Assembly (NCBI RefSeq): GCF_963506605.1
Contig: NC_083290.1
Location: forward strand, 5,642,001 to 5,706,000
From: Zootoca vivipara
Lineage: Eukaryota
Length of the DNA stretch: 64,000 bases
Reading direction: 5' to 3'
The notes below the pieces were generated by a model. That model had not been told where the DNA came from, did not search any database, and worked only from the letters and a program-made list of their open reading frames with translations. The translations under genes and the position numbers were made by a program. Of this stretch, positions 11,231 to 25,040 are shown piece after piece. The first letter of the stretch is position 1. Every line of letters starts with the position of its first letter.

Positions 11231-14200
11231 TATTGGTTAACATGGCCAAGCCAAGTTCAAATTCAAAGTAACTGTGTAGCAGTAGATAATCCGTATCTAG
11301 GTCGCTGGCCTGATCAGACCCAATGCACTTGGACAGGACAGTCCTCAAACAGAGACCTTCAAATGTTATTCGTATTGCATGGACACACAAGCCAGGGATG
11401 AGGGACCTTTGGCCCTCCAGATATTGCTGAAGTTACCACTCCCATCAGCCCTAGGAAGCATGGACAATGGTTAGGGATGATGGGAGCTGTAGTTTGGCAA
11501 CATCTAGACGACCAAGGGTTCTCCACACCTGTTCTAGGCCTCACTGTACATTATTTGAACAAATACAATTCTAAGAACAAAGTGGCTTCTAGAAGCTCCA
11601 AAAAAGCCCCATAACCATTTCAGGTTCTGTACAGTTGCCTCAAGCTCAGATACCAGGCTGTAAAACAACACACATACTCCAAATCCAGAACTCTCTCTCT
11701 TAACAAGCCAGCCTTGTAGACGTCAGAAAAGGCAAGTAAATAAGATGATCTTCTGCGGTACAGAGAAGCCGCACTTGGGCTTCTGGAGAGATCAAGCCCT
11801 TAACATCCTTCCTTCCCCCACGGCAGCACCATCTTCTTCCGACCCCAAAGCCTTGGCCTGTCGCCGCCATCCCTGAAAGCGCATTAGAAAAACTCTTTCA
11901 GAGGCTAGGTTCATAAATCTGACCATTATCCTGCATAACGCACAGGAACGCAATATTTCCTCAGCTACATCTCCTCCGATCAAGAAAGGAGATGCAAGTA
12001 GGCACTCAAGAAATCAACATTAAGTCTCCCTTCTGTCAAGACCCCGAAAATCACCACTCGTCTTGTCAGCTGCTCGACCTCACTTCCCCAAAGAGAGCTG
12101 ACGATTTTCAAAAGGGAACAGATTCGACCTCGAGGGCTTAAGTGAATACTGACTGGATTAAAGTTCAACAGAGAGATTGACATTGCTAGACAGTGGAGGA
12201 CACAAGTGGAACGTCCCTTTAAAACAGGAGGACAAATAAAAGACTAACGTGACCTTCAGGTGTCCTGAGAAAAACCCCAAAGTAGTGAACTTGCTTGCAG
12301 TAAAGGAGACAGATTTAGAACTGTGGTACACACACACACACACACACTGCAAGGCATCCTGGTTTTATTCTGTGTGATTTTTGGCCTGCCTTGTGCCACA
12401 ATTAATTTACCTCACATTTTCTACCTCTTGACCATTCCCATGTATATATTTGTTTAAGAATTTCTGTGCCACCTTTCAAAACATGAAAGAGTTTTCTCAA
12501 GGGGTCTTACATTAAATAAATATGAACAAGTAATTAATATACCAAGAGGTAAAAGATCAGCAAAAATCACCTTGGATCTGCAAACCAATATATACAATCA
12601 AAAATATAATAAAAAATGCAAATATATATGAGCAGTATTCTTTTAATATCCTGACCACCTCTTCACACAAAGACAGATTGAAAAAGGAAAGACCAAGGCT
12701 CACTTAAAAAAAATATGAAGAAGTCAAACATGCCTTTTGAGGGAGGGCGTTCCCAGAGATATGAAGCCAACACTAAAAAGGCCCTATTCTTTAGGCAGGG
12801 TCATCTGGCTCAGCTCCTAACTCTGAACAAGATGTTTCTAGTGCCCACAGACTATGAGATTGTTTCCTGGCTTGTTCTATATCTCCCCGATTGCCTATTG
12901 AATGCTCACAATTGACTGGGATTTTCTGATAGACTGGGCCCTAGGTCACATGACTGAGATAAAAACAGTTTGGAATAGGTGAAAGTCTCTCCTTGCCTCA
13001 TCTGCCATGCATCAGGAACACTCCTTTTTGGAGATCTGTACTGGGGTATCTCAAGCTTAGCGGGGATCAGGGACTGGTGTAACCCTGGCTCAGGGTATGA
13101 AAAAACAAGACCCACCAGATCCAAACTCTCTCACCCTGGGTTTGGATTGTGCCGCAAGTGCCTCCCACTGCCCCCCAGACACCCGGCTCCACTTCATCAG
13201 CCTCTGTAGATTCTGCAATCCTGAAGTCTACCCACGTTTGTTTACGGCATGGAACATATTTAATTGGGCATTGAAGTAAAGTAGATGCCTTTCTCCTTCA
13301 TTTCTGACCTGCCTGAGTGCATTGGATTGCAATGCCTCATTTGATCTGTGTTTGATCTTTTCTTACTGTATGCTGGAGCGGGTTGTGTTGTGTGTCTCCC
13401 CCCCCCCCCCCCAAATGCTTAAATAAAGAACAACAGAAGGCAGACTAAACAATTTAGGAACCTAACCCAGGAATTCAAATATCGCATGAACCCTTGTAAC
13501 CACAGCAGCATGTTCAACCGTATTCATCCATCCAGACGGGTCGGCGTTTGAAATTTCCTCCTGCTGAGTTGTAGCCCTTACAGGTTTGCTATGTTTCGAG
13601 TTCCCATTTACGTGGTTGGTATTGTGTTGCACACATACTCCTGAAGAGGGAAATGTGTATGTGGATCAACTGAACGAAGCTGAAATAATAGACAAGACAG
13701 AGAGCCATTTCCCTAGCTTTAATGGTGCCCTGTAAACCAATCTTTAAATACATCTCTAGCCTGGTAGCCAGAGGCGACAAGAAATTTCACGCAGGTGAAT
13801 AAGAAGGCTGGGGGAGAAAGGGAGAGAGGACTCCTTAAAAGAAGGCCTGGACTGAAAAACTGCCTTCCGTACAGACCCTCTTGGGTGCTGAGATCGGCAG
13901 AGGGGGCCCTCTTGCTGGTTCCTCTGCCCTCAGAAGGTCAGGGCCTTCTCTGTGGCAGCCCCTAAGCTGTGGAGCTCCCACTTTCATTGTACAGCTTCCG
14001 GAGAAGGTAAAAGATGTACCACTTTACCCTGGATTTTTGACACTTGAGCTGTATATATTTTTTGGACCCATCTCATTTTTATGATTGTAAATTGTTTTGA
14101 ATTGCTTTTAATGTTGTGCTTTAATTTCGCAACCCATCCAGGGACCTTAGGTTGAAGGGTGGGCAATAGATAGATACTGCAGATAAAAAGTAAGTATTTA

Positions 14201-15266
14201 TCCTTCTGCTTTTTTTGCAGCACCAAATTGTTTTTTTTTTATAATTGTGAAGCCCTCATCTGTCCAATCTGACAGAGCCAATATAATGTCAGCTTCAATT
14301 TTTTTAAGATGTTCAGCAGCAATAATGGGTGGAGAAAAAAGAACTCTGAAAGAAAAACAATGAGCACCTCAAAACATTTATAGCTAAGGTCAAACATCAG
14401 TAGGGAGAAGGAGGGGGAAGCTAAATGTGATAAATCTGCAACGTTAACAGCTGCTTCCCTTTTAATAGAATCCAGCGTAAACTCAGAGCAGCCTTGGGCT
14501 TGGCTCGAGCCATTAATCTGCGACAAAAATGTCTTCTTGAGAAAAAGCAGAGCCCCTTTAATAAAAGTTAAGGCAGACAGTATTGGGTTCAGAGGGAATC
14601 CTGTTGCTTTTTTTATATATAAAGAGAATTATTCAATAATAAGTGCAGATAGAAAGCACACACAGAGAAAAAAATATGCAGGGGAAGTCAACACTGAGGG
14701 TAGCAGACTGTGTTATCTGCGAAAAGAGAGTTTTGCTGTAAATAAACAGTGGCGACAACATGGGCCAATGAAAGTCTACATGGTAGGTTTAACTTTTATT
14801 GTTGGGAGGTCATTTATTTGTTAAGTTCTTGGCCTGGGGCCCATGGATGGCTTTTCTCATAGAGTCTTGATACTTGATAAGCATCTTTCATTGGCCATGT
14901 TTTTTTTCTTTTTTAAAAATCAATCCTTAAATTGAATGAAAATTAACGTTGCATGTTGCTGCTATTGGCCATTCCTCTCTTCCCTCACCAAACTTTATTG
15001 TCTTCTATATCACAATACACTAATAAAGGGGTTTGTGGGGCGGTGGGGGGGGGGAGTTGCACAGAAAAGTGCCAAGACCCTGAATCCAGAAAAGCCCAGT
15101 TATGCGTATGGCTTTTTCTACAGCATATTCTTTGCATACAGTTAGAAGCTCTGCTTTCACGCGAAAAGCAAAACTTGGCAGGATTTGAAATAAAGAGGAA
15201 CCTTCAATGTTTGCTTCTCTGCTTATTAAATCTATACACCACCCTTTCTCCACAAAGGGTGCCCAA

Positions 15267-15356
15267 CATAGCTGCCAAGTTTTCCCTTTTCTCGTGAGGA
15301 AGCCTATTCAGCATAAGGGAATTTCCCTTAAAAAAAGGGAGAACTTGGCAGCTATG
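15267..15356. mobile_element. 90-bp hAT MITE
   Basis: TIRs CATAGCTGCCAAGTT / AACTTGGCAGCTATG and perfect 8-bp TSD GTGCCCAA. Confidence 0.9.
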
Positions 15357-16889
15357 GTGCCCAAGGCAGTTAGTAACATTAAATGTGATAGGGCTTACAA
15401 CAGGGCCATACTCAAAACAATAATTAAAACGATTCTTTAAATCTACAGTGCCCCGAATGTTCCTAGCCCCTTCCAGGTGCCTGGACAAATAAATATGTAT
15501 TTGAATTTTGCCTGGAGGCTAAGTTTACCAGTGGCTATGAGACATCATGGCGATGGTTTACCTCCACTGTTAGAGGCAATATGTCTATGAAAGCCTGTTG
15601 TTGGGAATCTCAGGGGGAGAGGGTTGCTGTTACACTCAGGTCCTGGTTGTGGGCTTCCCATTGGGGCACCTGGCTGGCCACTGTGAGAACAGGATGCTGT
15701 ACTAAATGGACCACAGGCCTGATCCAACAGGGCTCTTACTGCATTCTTAACATGGGCAGGGAAGGGGACTGGCAGATCTCCCCACAGGAGGGAGCTTGCC
15801 CCCCAAAAGGACATCTGGGACTAGGCAACAGTTGTCTAACACACTTCTGGAAGGGGGGGGCTGGATTTTTAAAGTCACTTTAAAGCACCACGCAGGGCTC
15901 TTTGCAGGGAGTTTGTGACTTCAAAGCACCCAAACACAGAACACATCACTGTGACATCAGGTGATTGACAGCTGGGCAGCCACAGAGGCCAGAATCTGAA
16001 AGGGATCTAGTTTGTGGAGCCAAAAAGAGTATCCCAGCCTTAGTCTTTGCAGATTGACAGCAATGCAGATTGTCTGTTTTAGCTATTGGTGTGTGGGGTG
16101 TGTGTGTGAGAGAGAGTTTTGTCAGTATGCTAGTTGAAGTGTCTGCTGCTGGCTGAATTGTCTCCATTTTATGCCAAGTTGGATTTGATAGCTGGATTTT
16201 AAATCAATGAACTATTGCCGGTTCAGCTTTATTGTTTTACTATTGAATCATTGGTATGCTATGTTCTTACATTTTATTCCGCTTGCTGTGGGCATGTCAC
16301 CTAGAGGATTTTCTTTTTATTAGGCAGCTCAAAATCGGAAATGAATACATACATAAAAAGAGCTCAAGGTTCAAACTAAGAATCTCAAAGCCCAATGACC
16401 CGGCCTAGTGAGTCACTTGTGCGGGCTCAGAATTCGCTGCCGCCTTCAAGCACACAGGAAGCTGCCTTATACCAAGTGCTACCTTACACCAAGCTTCTAG
16501 CCCTCATGGCGGCACAGAGATAGATTCCCAAAAAGTGTGGGCAATGCCTTTTGAAACAAAAGCCAGAGGGCTAACAGAGTAAGAATGCCAGTGTTGGTTA
16601 TGGGGTCTTTCATAAGAAGCTAGAAAGCTGTCTTATGCTGAATCAGACCATTGACCTATCTAGCTCAATACTGTCTACACAGACTGGCAGCAGCTCTGCA
16701 AGGTTTCAGGCAGGGGTCTTTCCCAGTCCTACCTATGCACACCAGGGTTTGAATAAGGGCCCTGTTGGAAGTTTGAGAGCAACTCAGCTTGTAAAAGAGG
16801 GGTTTGTGTGGAGTTAAGACAAATATGGAACCTCCTGATTCCCAGACTATCCCTGTACCTTTAGCTGACTTCTCTATCTCTTTGTTGTT

Positions 16890-16890
16890 G

Positions 16891-16941
<51 letters not shown>

Positions 16942-17085
16942 TATACCCCGCCCATCTGGCTGGGTTTCCCCAGCCATTCTGGGCGGCTTCCAACAGAAAA
17001 ATGAAATAAAATAATCTATTAAACATTAAAAGCCTCCCTAAACAGGGCTGCCTTCAGATGTCTTCTAAAAATCTGGTAGCTGTTT
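16890..17085 (-). mobile_element. L2-clade LINE 3' end with (ATT)n tail
   Basis: Reverse-complement match to 44200-44380. Confidence 0.8.
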
Positions 17086-17293
17086 AGAATAATACATCTA
17101 AGTTTGCATCCTGTTTATAACTTCCTGCTCCTCACACCTATCTCTCGGACCACAAGGGAAAAGTTCATCTTTGAACTACCCTCCAAGAGAACTAAGGAGC
17201 AACCATGGCTGCATTGTTCTTCTCTAGACTAGTTAGACTAAAATGAGGAACTTTTTCTACCGGTCATGTATTTCGTACAGTACACTGCTTCAT

Positions 17294-17294
17294 T

Positions 17295-17377
<83 letters not shown>
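17294..17377. repeat. Compound (GT)n(GA)n microsatellite; mirror (CA)n(GA)n at 61571-61638
   Basis: Read directly from the sequence. Confidence 0.95.
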
Positions 17378-17379
<2 letters not shown>

Positions 17380-17999
17380 CGTCCCACAGGTAAAGTCTAC
17401 TCCCTAACCAAAATTCACAAGACAGCATTCTTAACTCTTCCAAAGTTATCCCAATAGCCCCTTTTGTATTCACTGAGACACAACCCTTCCACATTGGACC
17501 CTGTGATTGGCAGGCCCCGTGATTCACACAACATGGTAAGCGAAAGGGACTGTGCAAATCTGAAGACTCCTGGAGAGAAGCTCGCAGCTGCTTTGCCGCT
17601 CCTTGGTTTTTCTGCTCCCATGCTGTGCAGCGCATTGTCCAAGCCCAGGCTCGAGGTTAAGCTCTTTCTCCTTGCTAACCACAAGCTGTAGCCGAGGTTT
17701 GCTCTTTGTGGAGTAGAAAAGCAGTCGCAAGCTCTTCAACAGGAGTCCACGTGCTCCACATCAACCATAGATTGGCTCACCATGGCATGTGAACAAGGTT
17801 CATTACACAGCTTCTGAACTGGCCACATAAATGCCAAGACCTTGACCTTCTGGTCAACAGGACAGCAGCATCCACTCACTGCACATCAATTTCTGCGCTC
17901 TCAGCGCATCCCTCTGCCTTGAATTTCAGCCAGTGACGGGTGGCAGAGGGGATGGCTTGAAGAATACACCCTCCAGGCCTCGGTTTGAGTACCTAGCCT

Positions 18000-18105
18000 T
18001 AGCCGTGTTGGTCTGCCATAGTCGAAACAAGATAAAAAAAAGTTCCTTCCAGTAGCACCTTAGAGACCAACTAAGTTTGTCATTGGTATGAGCTTTCGTG
18101 TGCAT
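18000..18105 (-). mobile_element. Second Penelope-like fragment, truncated inside hammerhead stem II
   Basis: Homologous to 23700-23802 and ends at ...ctttcgtgtgcat. Confidence 0.75.
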
Positions 18106-20659
18106 AGGTCTATGCAAGCTTTGACTTACTGGATTAAGGCAGACTTACCCAACTTGGTGCTCTCCAGAAGTTTTCAACTATTAGCTCCCATCAGCCCTGA
18201 AGACCCTGATGGCTGGGACTTATGGGAGTTGTAGTCCAAAACATGTGGAGAGCACTAAGTTGGGGGAGGCTGAGTTAGGGCAGCTATTGCAATAAAAAAT
18301 ATTGCTCCTTTTGCATTCTCCATCAGCTATACAAGACATTCAGCAGGTTTAAAGTGAGGCCCAAAACTGCAAGGCTTTTGAGAAAGGTCATTATTTCAGA
18401 CCAACTCTGGGTGGTCCCACCCAATGAATTAATTAAGTCAAAAATCAAAAGGTCAAAAGAAAACATCAGTCCAGCCACTAAAAGTTTATGCGTTTAATTT
18501 CAATTAGGGGAAGGGGGGCAGAAAAAGAGGAAATCTGTATATCTTTGTTTTCACTTATTTCAACTAATTGATGGCTCCAAAGAAACGACCATTACATCTA
18601 ACTGAAAAGTTTGCTAACACTTCATTAAAAGGAAGTTTAAACAACCTCACAAACCTTGTTAATGTATTTGGGTTGACCACAAAGTTGTTTGGGCTTCTCG
18701 GTAATTATTTTTATTCAGCTTTCAAATATAAACACAACAGCCAAGTCCAATAACCTGGTGCTACAGTTCTGTTTCAAAAACTACCACTGTTGGGGGTTGA
18801 CTACGTAAACTGCTACCACAAGCAATTTTTCACAAAAAGGTGTCTGTGCTGAGAAAAGTTCACTAAAATATTTTCCGTCCAACAGGTTCCAGAGCCTGAA
18901 GAGCAAAAGCAAACCTTTATTCTCCCATATACTGTATGGTCTCTAAGTAAGCTTTTCAGGGTACACAAGTCACAAGACCTGGGTTCAAATCTCAGATATG
19001 CAGGGACATTTTCCAAGTAACCTAAATCTCTCTGAACTTGCTCTTCCAGAATTGTGAGGACAAGAGGGAATAGTCCATGACTGTGTGTACCACGCCGCAC
19101 ATTTAAAGCACATGACTTCCCCAAATAATCACGGGAACTGCGGTTTGTTATGTGTGCTGGGAATTGAAGCTCTGTGGGCAAGTAAACTGTGGTTCCCAGG
19201 ATTCTTTGGGGAAAGCTGTGTGCTGTAGAATGTTGGTGTGCATGCTGCCACTCTCCGGGTAACCAGAGGTGAGAAGGAATTGCATGCAGATTCCCTCTAG
19301 GTACTGGAGGCAGTAACCCTCTGAATGCCAGTTGCTGAGAATCACAAGTGGGCAACGGGCTGTTGCACTCAAGCCCTGCTTATGGGCTTTCCATTGCGGC
19401 ATCTGGCTGGCCATTGTGAGAACAGGATGCTAGACTAGATGGGCCTTTGGCCTGATCCAGCAATCAGGCTCCTTTTAGGTTCTTATGGGCTCTATTATTG
19501 GCCCGTCATAAGCCTCTGGCCACACGGGGGACATGATAACAGGCTGGTGTGAGACCTGAGGGACCGAGACAGCAGAACTGCAGGCAGAATACCTTTTCCT
19601 TTTATGAAGTTCATGCTGCAAAACACTGAGGCCCACCCTCACCACTGGAAAAGTACTAAATTGTTAATTCCAGCAGTGTTTCAAGATCCCCAGGCTCAAA
19701 AGAACAAGGGCTGGCATGTTATTCCTGGCTGGGAATAGTCCAAGTGCAGAGTCTGTAGTTATTCTGTGATACTTCAGAGGCGTCAGACAAAAAAACCTCC
19801 AAAACCCCGGAACCCTCAACTTAGCAATAATGCCTTACTTATATTTCACCATGTACCTGAATAACTCAAGCGCTTTTCTTTTTACACCTATACACAACAC
19901 TCACACACTACAAAACCCCGAAAGTTTTTCATCAAATCCATTAAGCAGGCTGGCTCACGATTGCTATAAAGATCAGAGGCCAAGTTCATTACAGACAAAA
20001 ATCCTCTAAATCATATATAAGGCAACTCAAAAACCTAAGATAAATCATTTTATTACTAAAGCTATTGCTGGAGGAGTCTGGGAGCAGACACTGAACGTCA
20101 GAAATAATGACTGCATTAAAAAAGGCTTCATGAGAAATTTATGAAGTAGAATTTCTTTCTGCCTTCTCTGCTCCCCCCACCCCACCCCTGGCCCATTCTC
20201 CTGGCACTGTAGGAAAAGCCAAGAAAATATTTTCCAGGAAAGCATAATAAACTCTGAATGGATCAACAACCTTATACTGAGATAATTGAACCTTATAAAA
20301 ACTTAAAATGAAATATTTGGGGTTTCCCCCACCACCTTTTGGGATTCGTGTTATTTTGCATTTAAGTAGGTCCTTGGAGGTCAAACGAAGAAAGTATTTC
20401 TTTGAACCGGTTTCTCAAGGAACAGGCTCCAAGCAACATGTTTGAAGCTGGAAAAACAATTGTTATTTTATAAAAATTAGGAGGTGGGGGAAAGAGAAGG
20501 ACTATCGGCATAGTGAGTCGCACACAATATGGTTTAAACTGAAGTGCAGGAGACCCAGATTTGTTCTGCACACCAGTGTGGTTAAGTAGAGTAGCACTCC
20601 CCCTAAACCGTTCCTTTTCATTGTTGCTTGATCACAATTGCCATCATCCTTGGCCATGA

Positions 20660-20920
20660 GGCTGATGGAAGTCCAGAAGGATGTTATGGTCGATGGTGTC
20701 AAAAGCAGCTGAGAGATCCAGCAGAACTAGGAAACAGCTCTCACCTTTGTCCCTAGCCCGCCGGAGATCATCGACTAGTGCGACCAAGGCAGTTTCAGTC
20801 CCATGATGAGGCGTGAATCCCAACTGGAAGGGAACCAAGTGGTCCGCTTCTTCCAGGCATGCCTGGAGTTGTTCAGCAACCACTCGCTCAAACACCTTGC
20901 CCAAGAATGGAAGATTTGAG
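20660..20920 (-). mobile_element. L2/CR1-group reverse transcriptase fragment
   Basis: ORF 20644..20904 encodes GKVFERVVAEQL...FQLGFTPHHGTETALVALVDD...LLDLSAAFDTIDH, conserved non-LTR RT motifs. Confidence 0.88.
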
Positions 20921-22602
20921 ACTGGACAAATGGTGGGTGGGGAGGAGAGGGGTGTTCTCAGACAATTATATTTGGCAAATTATCTGAACACAAGAAGATC
21001 AGGTCAGCTGCCCATCTGCTCCATTCAGCACTGAGTGGTTCCAACATCAATGGACTTTCTCTATAGATACTTGCTAGAAAAAAGCTAAATGCGGCCAGTC
21101 AAGATGCCCGTGAGAAGTCAGCAAGCAGGGCCTGAGTGCAACAGTTTCCAGCAACTGGTATTCAGAGGCCTACTAGTCTCGAACGATGGAGGGAGACCAT
21201 AGCCATTGTGGCTAGAAGCCATTGATGGAAGCACTGCCAGCACAGTGCTGTTTACCTACTATCAATTGGAAAATGTTGGAGGTTAGTGCAAACATTCAGG
21301 ATCACTGGTAAGTTACTCCTTATGACCCTTCTTACTCAGTCTTGGAACAGTTAAAGCCTGCCAATGAGGCCCTCTAAGAAGCAACACAATCTCAATCGCT
21401 ATCTCTCTCTTTCTTTCTTAGCAGTTGCTTTGGGCCCTCGGGTGGTCCCACTCCATTACGGATTCATCATTGCAATCAGGCTGTACCCACATCACACAAG
21501 TGGTCACCCCCAATCAACATCAGTGTCGGGCAATTACAAGAAAGATGCGGAGCGACACTTCACACTTGGCACTGTCAAAAATGTCACTTAGCTGAGTCCT
21601 CTTCAGCTGCATGCGAGCTGGCTTTCATTCATTCCCAATTAGCAGTTCCCGTTCAATAAATCCATTCCACCCACAAATATTCTTAGCCCCCGTGGGGGTG
21701 GGGGTGAGGTAGGATGGAAAACGGGGGAGGGGAGACTCAAAACAAAACAGGGCTATATTTTGCATCAGTTGGTACAAAAATCACCAAATAAGCTGAGGGT
21801 TTAGGGTGGAACTAGACACAACGGTAAACACCGGGTTGCCACATCAAACAGCCATCTCGTGTCGAGTCTTCCACTGTTCCTCCATCATGACTTGCCACTG
21901 TTATGGCTTTGTCCTGCTGGCAGCAGTCAACAATGTGGTGAGAAGGAACCAGCACAACTTGATGACATCACAACCATCATAACTAAGGTGCACCTATCTA
22001 AGCATTCCAGGGAACTCGACTTGCAGCTGCTGTTTTCCAGTGACAGCCCCATATTGCTGGTGATGAGGATTGATTTATTACATTTATATCCTTCCTACAA
22101 AGAAGCCCAGGGCACCAAACGCACAAACAATAAAATCTAAAAACCATTCCAACACAGAGGTAGGCTGGGAAAGCTCTCTACTTAAAAGGCACATTGTTGG
22201 AAGGGGAAGGTGTCCAAGGAGGTGCCAGAAAGACAGGAGAGAGCTCTGAAGAATACACACATGCTAGAGGCCTGCTACAAATATAGTGCAGAAAGGACCT
22301 CATGGTAAGATGGTACAGGGCAGGAGGCCATCACCTACAGAATCCAGTGATCAGCTGGAGCACATAGCAACCACTTCATCTTTTCGGTCTTCTATGTGCA
22401 GCGGTTTTCAAGCTGTGCCCTGGGAAAGCCTGGAAGGTGAAACAGAGGGGAGATGCTCCCAGAGGCTCCTCAGCCTGCCCTTTAGCCATACCTTTGCTTT
22501 AGGTGGCAAATTGGGAAGGGCAGTGAACCTCTGCACTGAAAAAGGCACCAGACTAGCTACCCATGTGCTAAAGATGAAAAGTTCCAACAGATTTTAGACT
22601 CA

Positions 22603-22812
<210 letters not shown>

Positions 22813-23016
22813 CTATTTAAAATGAAATAAAAAGAACAGTTAATGCAAAACTCATTTTAACCGCAGCACTTGTTTTGCCCCTTGTAAGCAAGTTGCACAG
22901 GAACAGCTACCTGAGAATGAAGCTGAAACCCTTTACACACTGCATTTCCTTTAAAAAGCTGCACCAAAGAAGGAATAATAACGATAGAAAATTTATATAT
23001 ATTCACAGAACCATTT

Positions 23017-23072
23017 ATACATACATACATACATACATACATACATACATACATACATACATACATACATAC
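23017..23072. repeat. (TACA)n microsatellite
   Basis: Read directly from the sequence. Confidence 0.95.
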
Positions 23073-23689
23073 ACACGCCATCTTTTCCCCTGACGGGACA
23101 GAACCTAGCTACTGCAGTTCCTCCCTGGCTGGGCTGCTGCAACACACTCTTACACAGGGTTTCCTTTGAAGATAGCCTGTATAATTTTACTGCGATTTTA
23201 TTACCAAGACTGAAGAGCAGATTATAAATAAGCAGCAGCGTCAACGCAATTGAAAAGCCAGTCTGGAAGCTGTAGCTTTTGCAAAATGCATACACTGAAT
23301 TCAATAGGACTTAACTTCTGAGTCGGAGCGCCATTGTAAAATGATGTGGAATTTGCTCCCACAAGATGTTGTGATGACAATGGCTATGTTCTCTGTCTAC
23401 TGTCACAGGTGGGGTAGGCCTCTGAACACCAAATCACAAGTGGGGAGGTCTGCTGCTGCACTCATGTTCTGCATTTGGGCTCCCCCCCCCCCGGCATCTG
23501 GTTGGCCACTGCTGAGAACAGGACACTGGACTAGATGGGCCTTTAGCCTGATCCAGAAGGGCTCTTCTGATGTCCTTCTATCTCAGCATATCACATCTGT
23601 TTGATTGGTGTACTGCTAAGTTCCTGCTACCAAGAGCCTTTGGCCTGATCCCGCAGCCTCCTCTTATAGTCTTCTTATGTTAGGTTCTT

Positions 23690-23817
23690 GTTACAGGTAG
23701 GTAGCCGTGTTGGTCTGGATCGAAGTAAAATAAAAAAAATTCCTTCAGTAGCACCTTAAAGACCAACTAAGTTTTTATTTTGGTATGAGCTTTCGTGTGC
23801 ATGCACACTTCTTCAGA
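23690..23817 (-). mobile_element. Penelope-like element pseudo-LTR fragment
   Basis: gtagccgtgttggtctg...gtagcaccttaaagaccaactaag...gagctttcgtgtgcatgcacacttcttcag, flanked by the 14-bp direct repeat TATGTTAGGTTCTT. Confidence 0.8.
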
Positions 23818-23819
23818 TA
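23781..23819 (-). ncRNA. Minimal type I hammerhead ribozyme motif (Penelope-associated)
   Basis: Minus strand reads uau-CUGAAGA-a-GUGUGC-au-GCACAC-GAAA-gc-UC-auacca: both conserved core boxes, a palindromic stem II and a minimal stem III. Confidence 0.7.
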
Positions 23820-25040
23820 TGTTAGGTTCTTATAAGCTAAAGGGCCTCTGGGAGATGCAGAAATGAGACCAGAGAAAAGGAAAAACTCATATGCGAAATG
23901 ACAAAATGAAGCTCCTCATTCAAATTCCAAATGGTTGTGGTGTGCAGGGAGGGGGGGGAGTGCTGAGGGGGGGGAATCAGTTCAGATGACGGACTGGAGG
24001 ACAAGCCACAAATCAATTGCAACTGCTTTGTTTAGTGCTAAAAACTCAAACTGCAGTGATTAGAAAACACATTAGTGTTCATCAATTAGTAGCCGAGCAT
24101 TTGGCTTGAATTATTCATGGGGAAATGACTTACACACAAGACTCTGTTAGTGTGTTGTCAGGAAAACCTCTGAAGGGGCCAACAGAACCAGGCGCCACTG
24201 TGTATCGACGGCACCGATCCAGCCAGGAAGCCCGATTAACCTCTGAGATGCCTCAGTTGATGTACTTACCCTATTAATGCTAATGGAGGTGCTACCACTT
24301 TTTTAAAAAGAAGAAGAAGAAAAAGTCGGAGCCAGCCAGGCTTCATCAAGGGAAAAGTCTTTAGGTTTTTAAAGTCTTTTAGCAATAGACATATCCTGTC
24401 ATTTGTGTGTCTTGGTGTCTTATCCCTCACCCCCACCTCCAACCTTTTAAAGCTCCCCCAACAAATGGGAAGGAATAAAATCCTTAAACAACTGGCATGC
24501 CAACAATTTCTTGGAAAACACACACATACACTCCAAGCAACCAGATGCAATATGCACTGCCTCAGTAGGCCTATTGACGTGATCAGCTGTCTAAGGGTAC
24601 CGTAGCAACCCTAGAAATCCCCGCAGCCTCTGGTGTCATGGTGTTAGAACCAGGCTGCTTTTGTACAAGGCCTGGACTGAGAATTCACACAAGCTGCTGG
24701 GAATCGCAGGTGGGGAGAGCGATGCTGCTTTCAAGTGCTACATGTAGGCTTCTCGTGGGGGCATCTGGTGGCCACTGTGAGAACAGGATGCTGGACTAGG
24801 TAGAACTTTTGCCTGATCCATCAGTCAGGACCTTCTTGCTGAGGCTTCACACTATCACTCAGCGGCCCATCGTTGCCTAAGACACGAGTACCATCTCTGG
24901 CGGGAAGGGTATTTTCACAACACCCAGTCCCATAATAAGCTGAACCAATAGGATAAAGGGGGCTCTATTACCTCAAACAGAGCAGGGGAACCTGTGGCCC
25001 TCCAGAAGTTGGAGTTCTCATTAGCCCCACTCAGCATGGC

